From assembly GCF_965214065.1 (NCBI RefSeq), contig NZ_CBDCAT010000027.1, forward strand, positions 823,968-887,967: a stretch of 64,000 bases of DNA, written 5' to 3'. The translations under genes were made by a program, and so were the position numbers. Below, piece by piece: positions 53,226-62,270 of this stretch (positions within the stretch are counted from its first letter, which is position 1; every line of letters starts with the position of its first letter). This DNA is from Candidatus Poriferisocius sp. (GTDB lineage: Bacteria; Actinomycetota; Acidimicrobiia; Acidimicrobiales; Bin134). The notes under the pieces were generated by a model. The model did not search any database and had not been told where the DNA came from. It saw only the letters and a list, made by a program, of their open reading frames with translations.

Positions 53226-53648
53226 CTAAAGGCCGAAGCCGGTGAAGTCGCCGGACATGTCGGGTGGGCCGTAGTAGATGCGGTTGAGAGACCGGCGGGC
53301 GAACTTCCACTGGCCGCCTTCTAAGCAGTATTCATCGTCGTAGTAGCCATACATGGTCATGGGGTCTTCGCGGGGCCGCTTGAAGTGCTCGATCACGTAC
53401 CAGCGTCCGGTGCCGGTGCCCGCGGCTTCGTCGAGTTCGGCCCAGCCGTTTAGGTAGGCGTGGATCACCCCGTCGAGACGGGCCAGCATGCCCTGCCAGG
53501 AGGTGGATATCTCGTCCCGCCCGGTCTTGGTCATCGGGCCCATCTCCCATACTGCGTCGGTGGCCCAGGTCGACGCCCACTGTTCGGCGTCGAAGCGGCA
53601 CACCCCGTCGGAGTAGCGGGCCAACAGGGTGCGAATCTCTTCTGACAT
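53226..53648 (-). CDS. SnoaL-like / NTF2-fold protein
   Basis: 140 aa. IRTLLARYSDGVCRFDAEQWASTWATDAVWE is typical of the SnoaL_4/NTF2 family. Confidence 0.7.
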   Translation of the reverse strand: MSEEIRTLLARYSDGVCRFDAEQWASTWATDAVWEMGPMTKTGRDEISTSWQGMLARLDGVIHAYLNGWAELDEAAGTGTGRWYVIEHFKRPREDPMTMYGYYDDEYCLEGGQWKFARRSLNRIYYGPPDMSGDFTGFGL

Positions 53649-53654
53649 GGCGCC

Positions 53655-54392
53655 TCAGGCTAGTGGCGTGTAGCGCCAGCCGATGATCTGGTCGTAGTCC
53701 ATGGCGCCGTCGGGGAAGACGGTGAAGTCATTCCGCTGCTCTTCCAGCGCCGGCTTGGCTTCGGCATACGGGGTGCCCACTTCGTACATGACTAGGTGCT
53801 GGAACGGCATCCCATTGGGACTGATTTCACCATGGTCGATGGCCCATTGGGGGGTGAGGATGTTGTCGGCGGCCCAGTAGCGCCGCCCGGTGAGGAAGCC
53901 AGGAGTCGCCATGACCTCCCGATAGTGGATGGTGTACCAGCGCTCAAACCACTCAAGGTTGTCCTTGGTGGGGTTGGCCAGCGATATCCCGAGGTGGTCA
54001 ACCTCATCGGGGGTGGCCGCCCCTATCTGCGGACCGGTCTGGGTGAAAGCCCAACTGGCCACGGTGTCGTGGTCGAGACTGTCGTCGGACCGTATGGAAT
54101 AGTCGTCTTTGGTGGCAATGCCCTGGATGACCGAGGGCAGGTGACCCTCGATTTCATAGACGGCCAAGAACTCGAACGGCATCGGCAGATCGCTGCGATC
54201 GGCGTGGGTGCGCATCCACTCGGGCGTAAGCAAGTCGGCATCGGGGCTCATTCGGTAGCGCCGCCCGCTGACCACCCCCTCGCACGACGCAACCTCGCGG
54301 GTATGGACGTCGTGCCACTGGTGGTATTGGGCCTCCTGGCCAATCACCGGGTTGGAGAAAGTCAACAGCACATGTCGGTCGGAGTCGTTCAC
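53655..54392 (-). CDS. Protein made of two tandem ~115-aa homologous domains (ferredoxin-like / dimeric alpha-beta-barrel type), function unknown
   Basis: Clear internal repeat: HVLLTFSNPVIGQEAQYHQWHDVHTREVASCEGVVSGRRYRMS..PFEFLAVYEIEG versus HLGISLANPTKDNLEWFERWYTIHYREVMATPGFLTGRRYWAA..PFQHLVMYEVGT. Confidence 0.6.
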   Translation of the reverse strand: MNDSDRHVLLTFSNPVIGQEAQYHQWHDVHTREVASCEGVVSGRRYRMSPDADLLTPEWMRTHADRSDLPMPFEFLAVYEIEGHLPSVIQGIATKDDYSIRSDDSLDHDTVASWAFTQTGPQIGAATPDEVDHLGISLANPTKDNLEWFERWYTIHYREVMATPGFLTGRRYWAADNILTPQWAIDHGEISPNGMPFQHLVMYEVGTPYAEAKPALEEQRNDFTVFPDGAMDYDQIIGWRYTPLA

Positions 54393-54418
54393 AAGCCACC
54401 ACGGTACGCTGATCGCAG

Positions 54419-55189
54419 ATGGTCTTATGGGTGGCAGCGCTGGTGATCGCCGGGATGATGCTGGTGGTGTGGGTCATCAGCGTGGCGGTGCGGGACGCGG
54501 GCATCGTCGACATCCTGTGGGGCTTCGGCTTTGTGGTGGTGGCCTGGGTGAGCTGGCTGGTCACCGACGGGCACGATGTGAGGGCCGCGCTATTGGTGGC
54601 GATGGCCACCACCTGGGGGCTGCGCCTGGCCATTCATCTGGCGTTTCGCAACATCGGCCAGGAAGAGGATTTCCGCTATCGGTCAATGCGCCGCCGGGCT
54701 GGCGACCGCTTCTGGCTGACCAGCCTGGTGAGGGTGTTTGGGTTGCAAGCGGCGGCCATGTGGGTGATGTCGCTTCCCCTCATGATCGGCATCAGCGAAA
54801 CCGAGAGGGGATTTGCCGCCCTGTGGTTCATCGGCATGGTTGTCTTCCTGGTCGGGTTCGGGTTCGAGGCCATCGGAGACTGGCAGTTAGTCCGGTTCAA
54901 AGCCGACCCGGCCAACGCCGGGAAGCTGATGGACCGCGGCCTGTGGCGGTACACCCGCCACCCGAACTATTTCGGTGACGCCACCGCCTGGTGGGGCATT
55001 GGCCTGGTAGCAGCCTCAACTCCTATCGGGATTGTGGGGCTGGTCGGCCCCGCCATCATGACCTGGCTGTTGATGAAGGTGTCCGGCGTGCCGATGGTGG
55101 AACACCGCTTGGCCAAGACCCGCCCGGGCTATCTGGAGTACACCCAGCGAACCAGCTCATTCGTCCCCCGCCGTCCCAAATCTGCGTAA
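54419..55189 (+). CDS. DUF1295 / steroid-5-alpha-reductase-like membrane protein
   Basis: Multi-TM with the hallmark GLWRYTRHPNYFGD motif. Confidence 0.8.
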   Translation: MVLWVAALVIAGMMLVVWVISVAVRDAGIVDILWGFGFVVVAWVSWLVTDGHDVRAALLVAMATTWGLRLAIHLAFRNIGQEEDFRYRSMRRRAGDRFWLTSLVRVFGLQAAAMWVMSLPLMIGISETERGFAALWFIGMVVFLVGFGFEAIGDWQLVRFKADPANAGKLMDRGLWRYTRHPNYFGDATAWWGIGLVAASTPIGIVGLVGPAIMTWLLMKVSGVPMVEHRLAKTRPGYLEYTQRTSSFVPRRPKSA

Positions 55190-55269
55190 TCACGGGAACC
55201 CGACAGTGACGGCCCGGTTGTTCAAGCGGGATCTAACCCGATTGGAGGAGGTTCACGAATGTCGGCCGA

Positions 55270-56211
55270 CTAATGCACCCCTGGCATCACGCAGAGCATT
55301 TCGAAGAGGAGGTTGGCGGCGGTGAGGGCGGTGGCGCCGGTGGGGTCGTAGATGGGGGCTACTTCGACTAGGTCGCAGCCGACCAGGCTGAGGCCTCGGC
55401 AGCCTCGGATGATCTCGAGGGCTTGGGGGGCGGTGAGGCCGCCGATTTCGGGGGTGCCGGTCCCGGGGGCGAAGGAGGGGTCGAGGGCGTCGATGTCGAA
55501 GCTCATGTACACCGGCCCTCCGCCCACCTTGTCGCGTACCTCGGCCATGAGGGGCTCCAGCGAGCGGTTCCAGCACTCTTCTACTTGCACCACCCGGAAG
55601 CCCTGTTCCCGCGACCAGTCGAAGTCGTCGGCGGCGTAGCCTGTGCCCCGCACGCCGATCTGGGCCACCCGGTGGGTGTCGAGCAGCCCTTCTTCCACGG
55701 CCCGGCGAAACGGTGTGCCGTGGGCGATGGCCTCGCCGAACATGTGGTCGTTGATATCGGTGTGGGCGTCCACGTGGATCAGCCCCAGAGGGCCGTGCTT
55801 GCGCCGCATGGCCCGCATGATGGGCAGGGCGATGGTGTGGTCGCCTCCCATGGCCACCGCGATCACATCATGGCCGAGCAATTCGTCGTAGAAGGCCTCG
55901 ATGCGGGCCACCGCGTCGGCCAGGTTGTAGGGGTTGGTGGCCACATCGCCGATGTCGTCGATCCGCAGGCTGTCGAACGGTGCTGCTCGCGTGGCCATGT
56001 TGTAGGGGCGAATCAGCACCGACTCGTTGCGGATGCCCCTCGGGCCGAAGCGGGCCCCCGGCCGGTTGGACGTGCCGATGTCGATCGGCACGCCCACGAC
56101 GGCGACATCGAGGTCGTCCGCCGCCGACCGGCCGGGTAGCCGCATAAAGGTGGCGATGCCCGCGAAGCGGGGCATCTGATTGCCCCCGAGGGGTTGAGGC
56201 ATGTCGGCCAC
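55270..56211 (-). CDS. speB: Agmatinase (ureohydrolase family; guanidinobutyrase not excluded)
   Basis: Mn-binding motifs GGDHTIALP, HVDAHTDIND, SFDIDALDP. Confidence 0.85.
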   Translation of the reverse strand: MADMPQPLGGNQMPRFAGIATFMRLPGRSAADDLDVAVVGVPIDIGTSNRPGARFGPRGIRNESVLIRPYNMATRAAPFDSLRIDDIGDVATNPYNLADAVARIEAFYDELLGHDVIAVAMGGDHTIALPIMRAMRRKHGPLGLIHVDAHTDINDHMFGEAIAHGTPFRRAVEEGLLDTHRVAQIGVRGTGYAADDFDWSREQGFRVVQVEECWNRSLEPLMAEVRDKVGGGPVYMSFDIDALDPSFAPGTGTPEIGGLTAPQALEIIRGCRGLSLVGCDLVEVAPIYDPTGATALTAANLLFEMLCVMPGVH

Positions 56212-56246
56212 CTTAAATCTCCGGTATTCCTAGCGGACTGAGGCGA

Positions 56247-57365
56247 TCAGCCCTTGGCCTCGATGAAGGCGTCGGAGAACTTCACCTCGAAGTCGCCGGT
56301 GTCCTGGATCTCCTCCAAGATCTCCACTGGGGCAACCCCTGGCGTGCTGAGGAAGTCTTGGAGGTCTTCATCGAGCCCGCCGAATGCGGCCGCGTTCGGA
56401 GTGGAGTAGTAGTTCCAGTTCGACAAAGCGGCGCCCTGCTCGGCGGTGAGCAGCCAGTTGATGAAGGTGTGGGCCGTGCACGGGCTGCCGGCGTCGAACG
56501 GGATGGCCATGTTGTCGATCCAGCGGGTACCGCCCTCGTCGGGCACGAAGTACACGTACTGCGACGGATCGTCGGTCTCCAGGAACTGGGTGAACATGTC
56601 ACCGGAGTACCCGTGGGCGATCACCGTCTCACCGGTGGTCAAGAACTCGTCGGCCGAGTCGGTGTTGAACGCCGCGAGGCGACCCCGTGCGCTGGCCACC
56701 AGATTGGTGGCCTCCTCCAGCTCACCCTCATCGGTGGAGTTCAGCGAGTAGCCCAGGTACTTGAGGGCTGCGCCGATCGTCTCCCGAGGATCGTTGAGCA
56801 GCGAGATCGAGCCGCTGTACTCATCGGCGAGGGCCGGGTCGAAGATCAGACCCCAGGAGCGGGGGAAGTCGCTGCCCAGCGCCGCGGTGTCCACCGCGAT
56901 GCCGGTAGTGCCCCACTGGTAGGGCACCGAGTAATCCCCTGCCGGGTCGTAGATCAGGTTCCGGAAGTCCTCGGAGATGTTGGCGATGTTGGGGATGGCG
57001 TCTTTGTTGAGCGGCTGGACGGTTCCGCCGGCGATCAAGATGGCCACCATGTAGTCCGACGGCACGATCAAGTCGTAACCCGAGTTGCCGGCCGCCACGA
57101 TGGGCTGCATGGCCTCGTTGGAGTCGTAGACGTCCATGGTCACGCTCACGTCGTACTCGTCTGAGAACGCGGCAAGCTGCTCCTCGTCGATGTACTCGGC
57201 CCAGTTGTAGATGTTGAGATTGCCGTCGGTCTCGTTCACCTCGCAGTCGGCGATTGCACTTCCATCATCGTCGTCATTGCCGCACGCGGCGGCTACCAGC
57301 GCAAAGGCCAGCAGCACGCCTAGCAGACAAGACACTCTTCGGCCAGGAAGGTTTGTGATTGTCAT
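56247..57365 (-). CDS. potD: Spermidine/putrescine ABC substrate-binding lipoprotein
   Basis: MTITNLPGRRVSCLLGVLLAFALVAAAC|GNDDDDG, then LNIYNWAEYID, the typical PotD/PotF start. The ATG overlaps the potC stop (ATGA). Confidence 0.85.
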   Translation of the reverse strand: MTITNLPGRRVSCLLGVLLAFALVAAACGNDDDDGSAIADCEVNETDGNLNIYNWAEYIDEEQLAAFSDEYDVSVTMDVYDSNEAMQPIVAAGNSGYDLIVPSDYMVAILIAGGTVQPLNKDAIPNIANISEDFRNLIYDPAGDYSVPYQWGTTGIAVDTAALGSDFPRSWGLIFDPALADEYSGSISLLNDPRETIGAALKYLGYSLNSTDEGELEEATNLVASARGRLAAFNTDSADEFLTTGETVIAHGYSGDMFTQFLETDDPSQYVYFVPDEGGTRWIDNMAIPFDAGSPCTAHTFINWLLTAEQGAALSNWNYYSTPNAAAFGGLDEDLQDFLSTPGVAPVEILEEIQDTGDFEVKFSDAFIEAKG

Positions 57366-58276
57366 TGGGATATCCCCTCTTTGATTTGGGTGTTGGTTGT
57401 GGGTTTGGCGGATACGGCTTGCCGGGCGGCGCGCAGCGAGGGGCGCCCGCTGCGGCCGCTGAACTGCTGGAAGGCCAGCGACAGGGCCACTAGAAGTACC
57501 GATGCGGCCAGCATAAGCACCGAGGTGGCGTTGATGAGCGGGGTGACGCCCCGGCGGATGAGGCCGAACACGAACACCGGCAGGGTGGTGGCGCCCGGGC
57601 CGGCAGCGAACTGGGTGATGACCACGTCGTCGAGCGACAATGTGAGGGCCAGCAGGGCGCCGCCGGCTACTCCGGGGAGGATCTGGGGGAAGGTCACGTA
57701 GCGGAACGTCTTCCACCGGGTGGCGTAGAGGTCGAGGGCGGCTTCCTCAAGCACCTGGCTCATGCCCGCCAGTCGAGCCCGCACCACCACCGAGACGAAG
57801 CTGATGTTGAAGGCGATGTGGCTGATGGTGATGGAGCCGAGTCCCTTTTGGACATCCCAGCCGAACACCGAGTCGAGAATCTCGAAGAACTCCGAGAAGA
57901 ACAGCAGCATCATCACCGCCATGGTCACGTCGGGGATGATGATCGGCAGATACAGCAGGGCGTCGAACACCTTGCGGCCCCGGAACTTGAAGCGCTCTAG
58001 GGCCAGGGCGGCCAGCGTGCCCAGCACCACCGAGATGACCGTCGAGAGAAGGGCCACCCGGACCGACACCCACACAGCGTTTTGGAGCTGGCTGTGCTCC
58101 ACGAAATCTTGGTACCACTCCAGCGTGAAACCGCCCCACCGGCCCACGTTGCGGTCGTCGCTGAAGGAGAACACGATCAGCACGAAGATGGGGGCGAAGA
58201 AGAACAAGTAGACCAGCCAGGAGTGGGCCGTGAGCGCGATCTTGGTGGTGCCCCGAGGCTGGACGGTGCTGCTCAC
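57362..58276 (-). CDS. potC: Spermidine/putrescine ABC permease
   Basis: GTG start overlapping the potB stop (GTGA). Multi-TM with EAALDLYATRWKTFRYVTFP EAA loop. Confidence 0.85.
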   Translation of the reverse strand: MSSTVQPRGTTKIALTAHSWLVYLFFFAPIFVLIVFSFSDDRNVGRWGGFTLEWYQDFVEHSQLQNAVWVSVRVALLSTVISVVLGTLAALALERFKFRGRKVFDALLYLPIIIPDVTMAVMMLLFFSEFFEILDSVFGWDVQKGLGSITISHIAFNISFVSVVVRARLAGMSQVLEEAALDLYATRWKTFRYVTFPQILPGVAGGALLALTLSLDDVVITQFAAGPGATTLPVFVFGLIRRGVTPLINATSVLMLAASVLLVALSLAFQQFSGRSGRPSLRAARQAVSAKPTTNTQIKEGISQ

Positions 58277-59172
58277 AGGTTCCTGCCCCCGGTTCGGAAG
58301 TACACCAGGGTGGCCACCAGCATCACGGCCATCAGCACGAACGAGAGCGACGCCCCCACCGGCCAATTCCTGGCCGTAAGGAACTGGGTGACGATGTAGG
58401 AGCCCAGCAGGGTGGTCTTGGCGCCGCCCAGGATCTCTGGAGTCACATAGGCGCCCAGGCTGGGCACGAACACCAGGATCGACCCGGCGATCACCCCGGG
58501 CATCGACAGCGGGAGCAGAACCCGCCGAAATGCCTGGAATCCCGACGCGTAAAGGTCGCGGCTGGCCTCGATCAGGCTGAGGTCGATCCGCTCGATCGAT
58601 GCGTACAGGGGCAGCACCATGAACGGCAAGAAGCCATAGACCAACCCGATCACCACCGCCGAGGTGGTGAACAGCAGTTCCCGCTCTCCCAAGCCGAGGG
58701 CCTCTGAAATGTTGGTGAACAGTCCGTCGTTGCCCAACAGGACTCGCCACGCGTAGTTGCGCACCAAGAAGTTGGTCCAGAACGGGATCATCACGAAAAC
58801 CAGCATCAGGTTGCGGATAAGGGGGGTGCGGGTGGCGATGAAGTAGGCGAACGGATAGGCCACCACCAGGCAGATCAGCGTGGTGAGGATGGCCAGCCAC
58901 AGCGACCGGAACAAGATGTCCCGCACGATGGGCTCGCCCAGCTTGCGGTAGGCGTTGAGGTTCCAGCCCGATAGGTCGGTGCCGCCGAACCGGTTCCGGG
59001 TGGCGAACGAGTAGATCATCACGATCCCCAGCGGGACGGCGAAGAACAACACCAGGTAGGCGTAGGCCGGCAGCGACAGGAGGAAACCCCGCCGAGATGC
59101 GGCTCGGTTGGCCGCCTTTTCGAATTCGGGCGTGGCTACTTCGGCTTCCCGCCGTTCTTCGACGACCGTCAT
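58273..59172 (-). CDS. potB: Spermidine/putrescine ABC permease
   Basis: ATG (MTVVEER) overlaps the potA stop (ATGA). EAA loop IEASRDLYASGFQAFRRVLLP. Confidence 0.85.
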   Translation of the reverse strand: MTVVEERREAEVATPEFEKAANRAASRRGFLLSLPAYAYLVLFFAVPLGIVMIYSFATRNRFGGTDLSGWNLNAYRKLGEPIVRDILFRSLWLAILTTLICLVVAYPFAYFIATRTPLIRNLMLVFVMIPFWTNFLVRNYAWRVLLGNDGLFTNISEALGLGERELLFTTSAVVIGLVYGFLPFMVLPLYASIERIDLSLIEASRDLYASGFQAFRRVLLPLSMPGVIAGSILVFVPSLGAYVTPEILGGAKTTLLGSYIVTQFLTARNWPVGASLSFVLMAVMLVATLVYFRTGGRNL

Positions 59173-60263
59173 GCCCTGACCACCGTGACCGCGTCTGGCA
59201 TCCACGACACCGCCACATCGTCGCCGACGTAGGGCCGGAACCCGCCGGGCTGGTTCTCGAGTCGGATCTCCATTTCAGTCCATTCGTTGGTCACCATGTA
59301 TACCAACGCGTTGCCCAGGTAGGTGACGCTCTCCAAGCGGCCCGATATAGAGGTGTGGCCGGCGGGGACGGCAGTCACCGGGTGCATCTCAACCCGTTCC
59401 GGTCGAAGGCACAATGCCACCCGGGTGCCCACCGGCAGATCCGACCGGCCGGGGATATGGCTGCCGTCGGCCAAGCACACGGTGTCGACCGACACCACGG
59501 ATGCGTCGATCAGGTTGGACTGGCCGATGAAGTTGGCCACGAACCGGTTCACCGGGCACTCGTAGATGCCCTCGGGAGTGCCGACCTGGAGGAGTTCGCC
59601 CTCGTTCATCACGCCGATCCGGTCGGCCATGGTCAAGGCCTCTTCCTGGTCGTGGGTGACGAACACGAAGGTGATGCCCACTTCTCGTTGAAGCGCCTTG
59701 AGCTCGCGCTGCATTTCTTGGCGCAATTTTAGGTCGAGGGCGCCCAGCGGCTCGTCTAGCAACAGCACCTTGGGCCGATTGACCAGTGCTCTAGCCAACG
59801 CCACCCGCTGGCGCTGGCCGCCCGAGAGCTGTTGCGAACGTCGTTGCTCAAGGCCTTCGAGGCGGACTAGGCCGATGGCCTCCTGAACTCGGCCGGCGAT
59901 CTCGGCCTTGGCCACCCGCTGCATCTTGAGTCCGAACGCAACATTGGCTTCTACCGTCATGTGGGGAAACAGGGCGTAGTCCTGGAAGACTGTGTTGACC
60001 GGGCGTTTGTTGGGCGGAAGCGTGCCCACCTCGTTGCCGAAGATCTTGAGGCTGCCCTCGGTGGGGAACTCGAGTCCGGCGACCATGCGCAATGTGGTGG
60101 TCTTGCCGCACCCCGACGGCCCGAGCAGGGCGAAGAACTCTCCGTCGGCGATCTCCAGATCCACGTTGTCGACCGCTACAACGTCGCCGAATCTCTTGGT
60201 GATGGCCGAGAGCTGCACCGCTGCGCTGGCGTCGCTCACTGGATGATCCCCCCCGTCGCCCAT
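59169..60263 (-). CDS. potA: Spermidine/putrescine ABC ATP-binding protein
   Basis: [34 protein letters not shown], plus a C-terminal TOBE domain. Confidence 0.9.
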   Translation of the reverse strand: MGDGGDHPVSDASAAVQLSAITKRFGDVVAVDNVDLEIADGEFFALLGPSGCGKTTTLRMVAGLEFPTEGSLKIFGNEVGTLPPNKRPVNTVFQDYALFPHMTVEANVAFGLKMQRVAKAEIAGRVQEAIGLVRLEGLEQRRSQQLSGGQRQRVALARALVNRPKVLLLDEPLGALDLKLRQEMQRELKALQREVGITFVFVTHDQEEALTMADRIGVMNEGELLQVGTPEGIYECPVNRFVANFIGQSNLIDASVVSVDTVCLADGSHIPGRSDLPVGTRVALCLRPERVEMHPVTAVPAGHTSISGRLESVTYLGNALVYMVTNEWTEMEIRLENQPGGFRPYVGDDVAVSWMPDAVTVVRA

Positions 60264-60721
60264 TAGCCGGTGCCCCAGTTATAGGTCTGTTTGACCAGCC
60301 TCAAATAGTGCAGCGTCTCGATGTCGATGACCCCGGGAATGGCCCGAACCCGGTCGTTTACCACTGATATGAACGCCTCGCTGTCGGCGCAAACGATCTC
60401 GGCGATTACGTCGAACCGCCCGGCCACGATCACCACGTACTCGGCCTCGTTGATCTCGGCGAGGGCTTCAGCCACGCTTCGGGCATCGCCTGAGACGTTG
60501 ATGCCGATCCATGCCTGGTAGCCCACTCCCAGCCCCACCGGGTCGGTCACCGCCACGATCTGGACCACTCCCCGCTCCATCAGCCGGTTGACCCGTTGGC
60601 GGGTGGCGGCCTGCGAAAGCCCGACCATCGGTGCGATCCGGGCGTAGGGCATGCGGCCGTCATTTTGCAGCTCGCGGATGATGGCCTTGTCGATCTCGTC
60701 GATGTCGAACGCAGCAGCCAT
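60263..60721 (-). CDS. Lrp/AsnC-family transcriptional regulator
   Basis: IDKAIIRELQNDGRMPYARIAPMVGLSQAATRQRVNRLMERGVV plus a RAM/ACT-like C-terminal domain. The TAA overlaps the potA ATG (TAATG). Confidence 0.9.
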   Translation of the reverse strand: MAAAFDIDEIDKAIIRELQNDGRMPYARIAPMVGLSQAATRQRVNRLMERGVVQIVAVTDPVGLGVGYQAWIGINVSGDARSVAEALAEINEAEYVVIVAGRFDVIAEIVCADSEAFISVVNDRVRAIPGVIDIETLHYLRLVKQTYNWGTG

Positions 60722-60729
60722 CGTCGTAC

Positions 60730-62088
60730 CTAGAAGAGGGCCTGAGCCTCAGTGAGCGCTTTTCGCAGCGTCTGATTGATGCGGTCGAACTCGTCGGGGC
60801 CGGCGATGAGCGGCGGTGAGAGCTGGATCACCGGCTCTCCTCGGTCGTCGGCCCGGCAGATCAATCCCAAATCGAGGAGGCGGTTGGAGAGAAAGCTCCG
60901 CAGCAGCGATTCGGCTTCTTCGGAGGAGAACGACTCCTTGGTGTCGCGGTCTTTCACCAGCTCGATCCCGTAGAAGTAGCCCATGCCACGAACCTCGCCG
61001 ACGATCGGGAGGTCGCACAGGTCGTCCAGGGAGGCCCGGAAGGCTTCCTCGTTGGCCAGCACATGGTCGACCAGTTGCTCCTCTTCGATGATGTCGAGGT
61101 TGGCCATGGCCACCGCACAGCTCACCGGGTGCCCGGCGAAGGTGAAGCCGTGCAAGAACGACTCGTCGGTGCCCACAAACGGCTCGGCCAACCGGTCGCT
61201 GGCGATCATGGCCCCCATCGGCGCATAGCCCGATGTCAGCCCCTTGGCGCAGGTGATGATGTCGGGCAGATAGTCGAGCCGCTCGGAGCCGAACATGCTG
61301 CCGAGGCGGCCGAAAGCGCAGATCACCTCGTCGGAAACCAGCAATACCCCGTATCGGTCGCAGATCTCGCGCACCCGGGCGAAATAGCCGTCGGGGGGGA
61401 CGAAGCACCCACCGGCGTTTTGCACCGGCTCCACGAACACGGCGGCCACCGTCTCGGGGCCGGCCCGCAATATGGCCTGTTCTATGTCGTCGGCGCAGGC
61501 CAGCGTGCAGGATGGGCAGTCGGCGCACAGCTTGCACCGGTAGCGGTTGGTGTTGGCCGCGTGGGAGACACCGGGCACCAGCGGCTCGAAGGGCTCGCGC
61601 AAGACTTCGAGCCCGGTGATCGACAGCGCTCCCATCGAGGTGCCGTGGTACGAGAGCTGCCGGCTGATCACCTTGTGCCGCTCGGGCTGGCCGATCACCT
61701 TGAAGTACTGGCGGGCAAGCTTCCACGCAGATTCGACCGACTCCGACCCTCCGCTGGTGAAGAACACCCGGTTCAAGTCGCCGGGGGCAAGCGAGGCCAG
61801 GCGAGCGGCCAGCTCCACCGCCCCGGGGTGGGCATAGGTCCAGATGGGGAAGTAGCCGAGCTGCGACGCCTGTTTCCCGGCGGCCTCGGCCAGCTCGACT
61901 CGCCCGTGGCCCACCTGGGAGACGAACAACCCGGCCAAGCCGTCAAGGTATTCGTTGCCCTTTGTGTCCCAGACGTAGCAGCCGTCGCCCCGCTCCACGA
62001 TCCGTATTCGGTCGACCGCGCTGCCGAGGCTGCTGAAGTGGCCCCACAAGTGGCGGTCGGCCAAAGCAGCCAACTCATCGTGTTGCAT
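60730..62088 (-). CDS. Class III PLP aminotransferase (putrescine / omega-amino acid aminotransferase type)
   Basis: SGGSESVESA, LVSDEVICAFGRLG, ITCAKGLTSGYAP (PLP Lys). Start chosen at MQHDELAAL (62088). Confidence 0.9.
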   Translation of the reverse strand: MQHDELAALADRHLWGHFSSLGSAVDRIRIVERGDGCYVWDTKGNEYLDGLAGLFVSQVGHGRVELAEAAGKQASQLGYFPIWTYAHPGAVELAARLASLAPGDLNRVFFTSGGSESVESAWKLARQYFKVIGQPERHKVISRQLSYHGTSMGALSITGLEVLREPFEPLVPGVSHAANTNRYRCKLCADCPSCTLACADDIEQAILRAGPETVAAVFVEPVQNAGGCFVPPDGYFARVREICDRYGVLLVSDEVICAFGRLGSMFGSERLDYLPDIITCAKGLTSGYAPMGAMIASDRLAEPFVGTDESFLHGFTFAGHPVSCAVAMANLDIIEEEQLVDHVLANEEAFRASLDDLCDLPIVGEVRGMGYFYGIELVKDRDTKESFSSEEAESLLRSFLSNRLLDLGLICRADDRGEPVIQLSPPLIAGPDEFDRINQTLRKALTEAQALF

Positions 62089-62148
62089 CGATGGCGTCCC
62101 CCTGCTCCGAACGGTGATTACCGATTTAACACCAGAATGCCCACATGT

Positions 62149-62165
62149 GCAACCGAATCGGTTGC
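62149..62165. promoter_or_regulatory. 17-bp perfect palindrome GCAACCGA-A-TCGGTTGC in a divergent promoter region
   Basis: Located between the aminotransferase operon (start 62088, minus) and the aldehyde dehydrogenase gene (start 62271, plus). It is a candidate operator, for example for the embedded Lrp/AsnC protein. Confidence 0.4.
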
Positions 62166-62270
62166 TGAGGGTGAATTGACAACTATTTCTCAACCAAATG
62201 GGGGCTTGATTGTGCGGGTTTGGTGCTGCAATATGAGCGAAGCAACAGAAAGAACGGGGGCAGCGGGATC

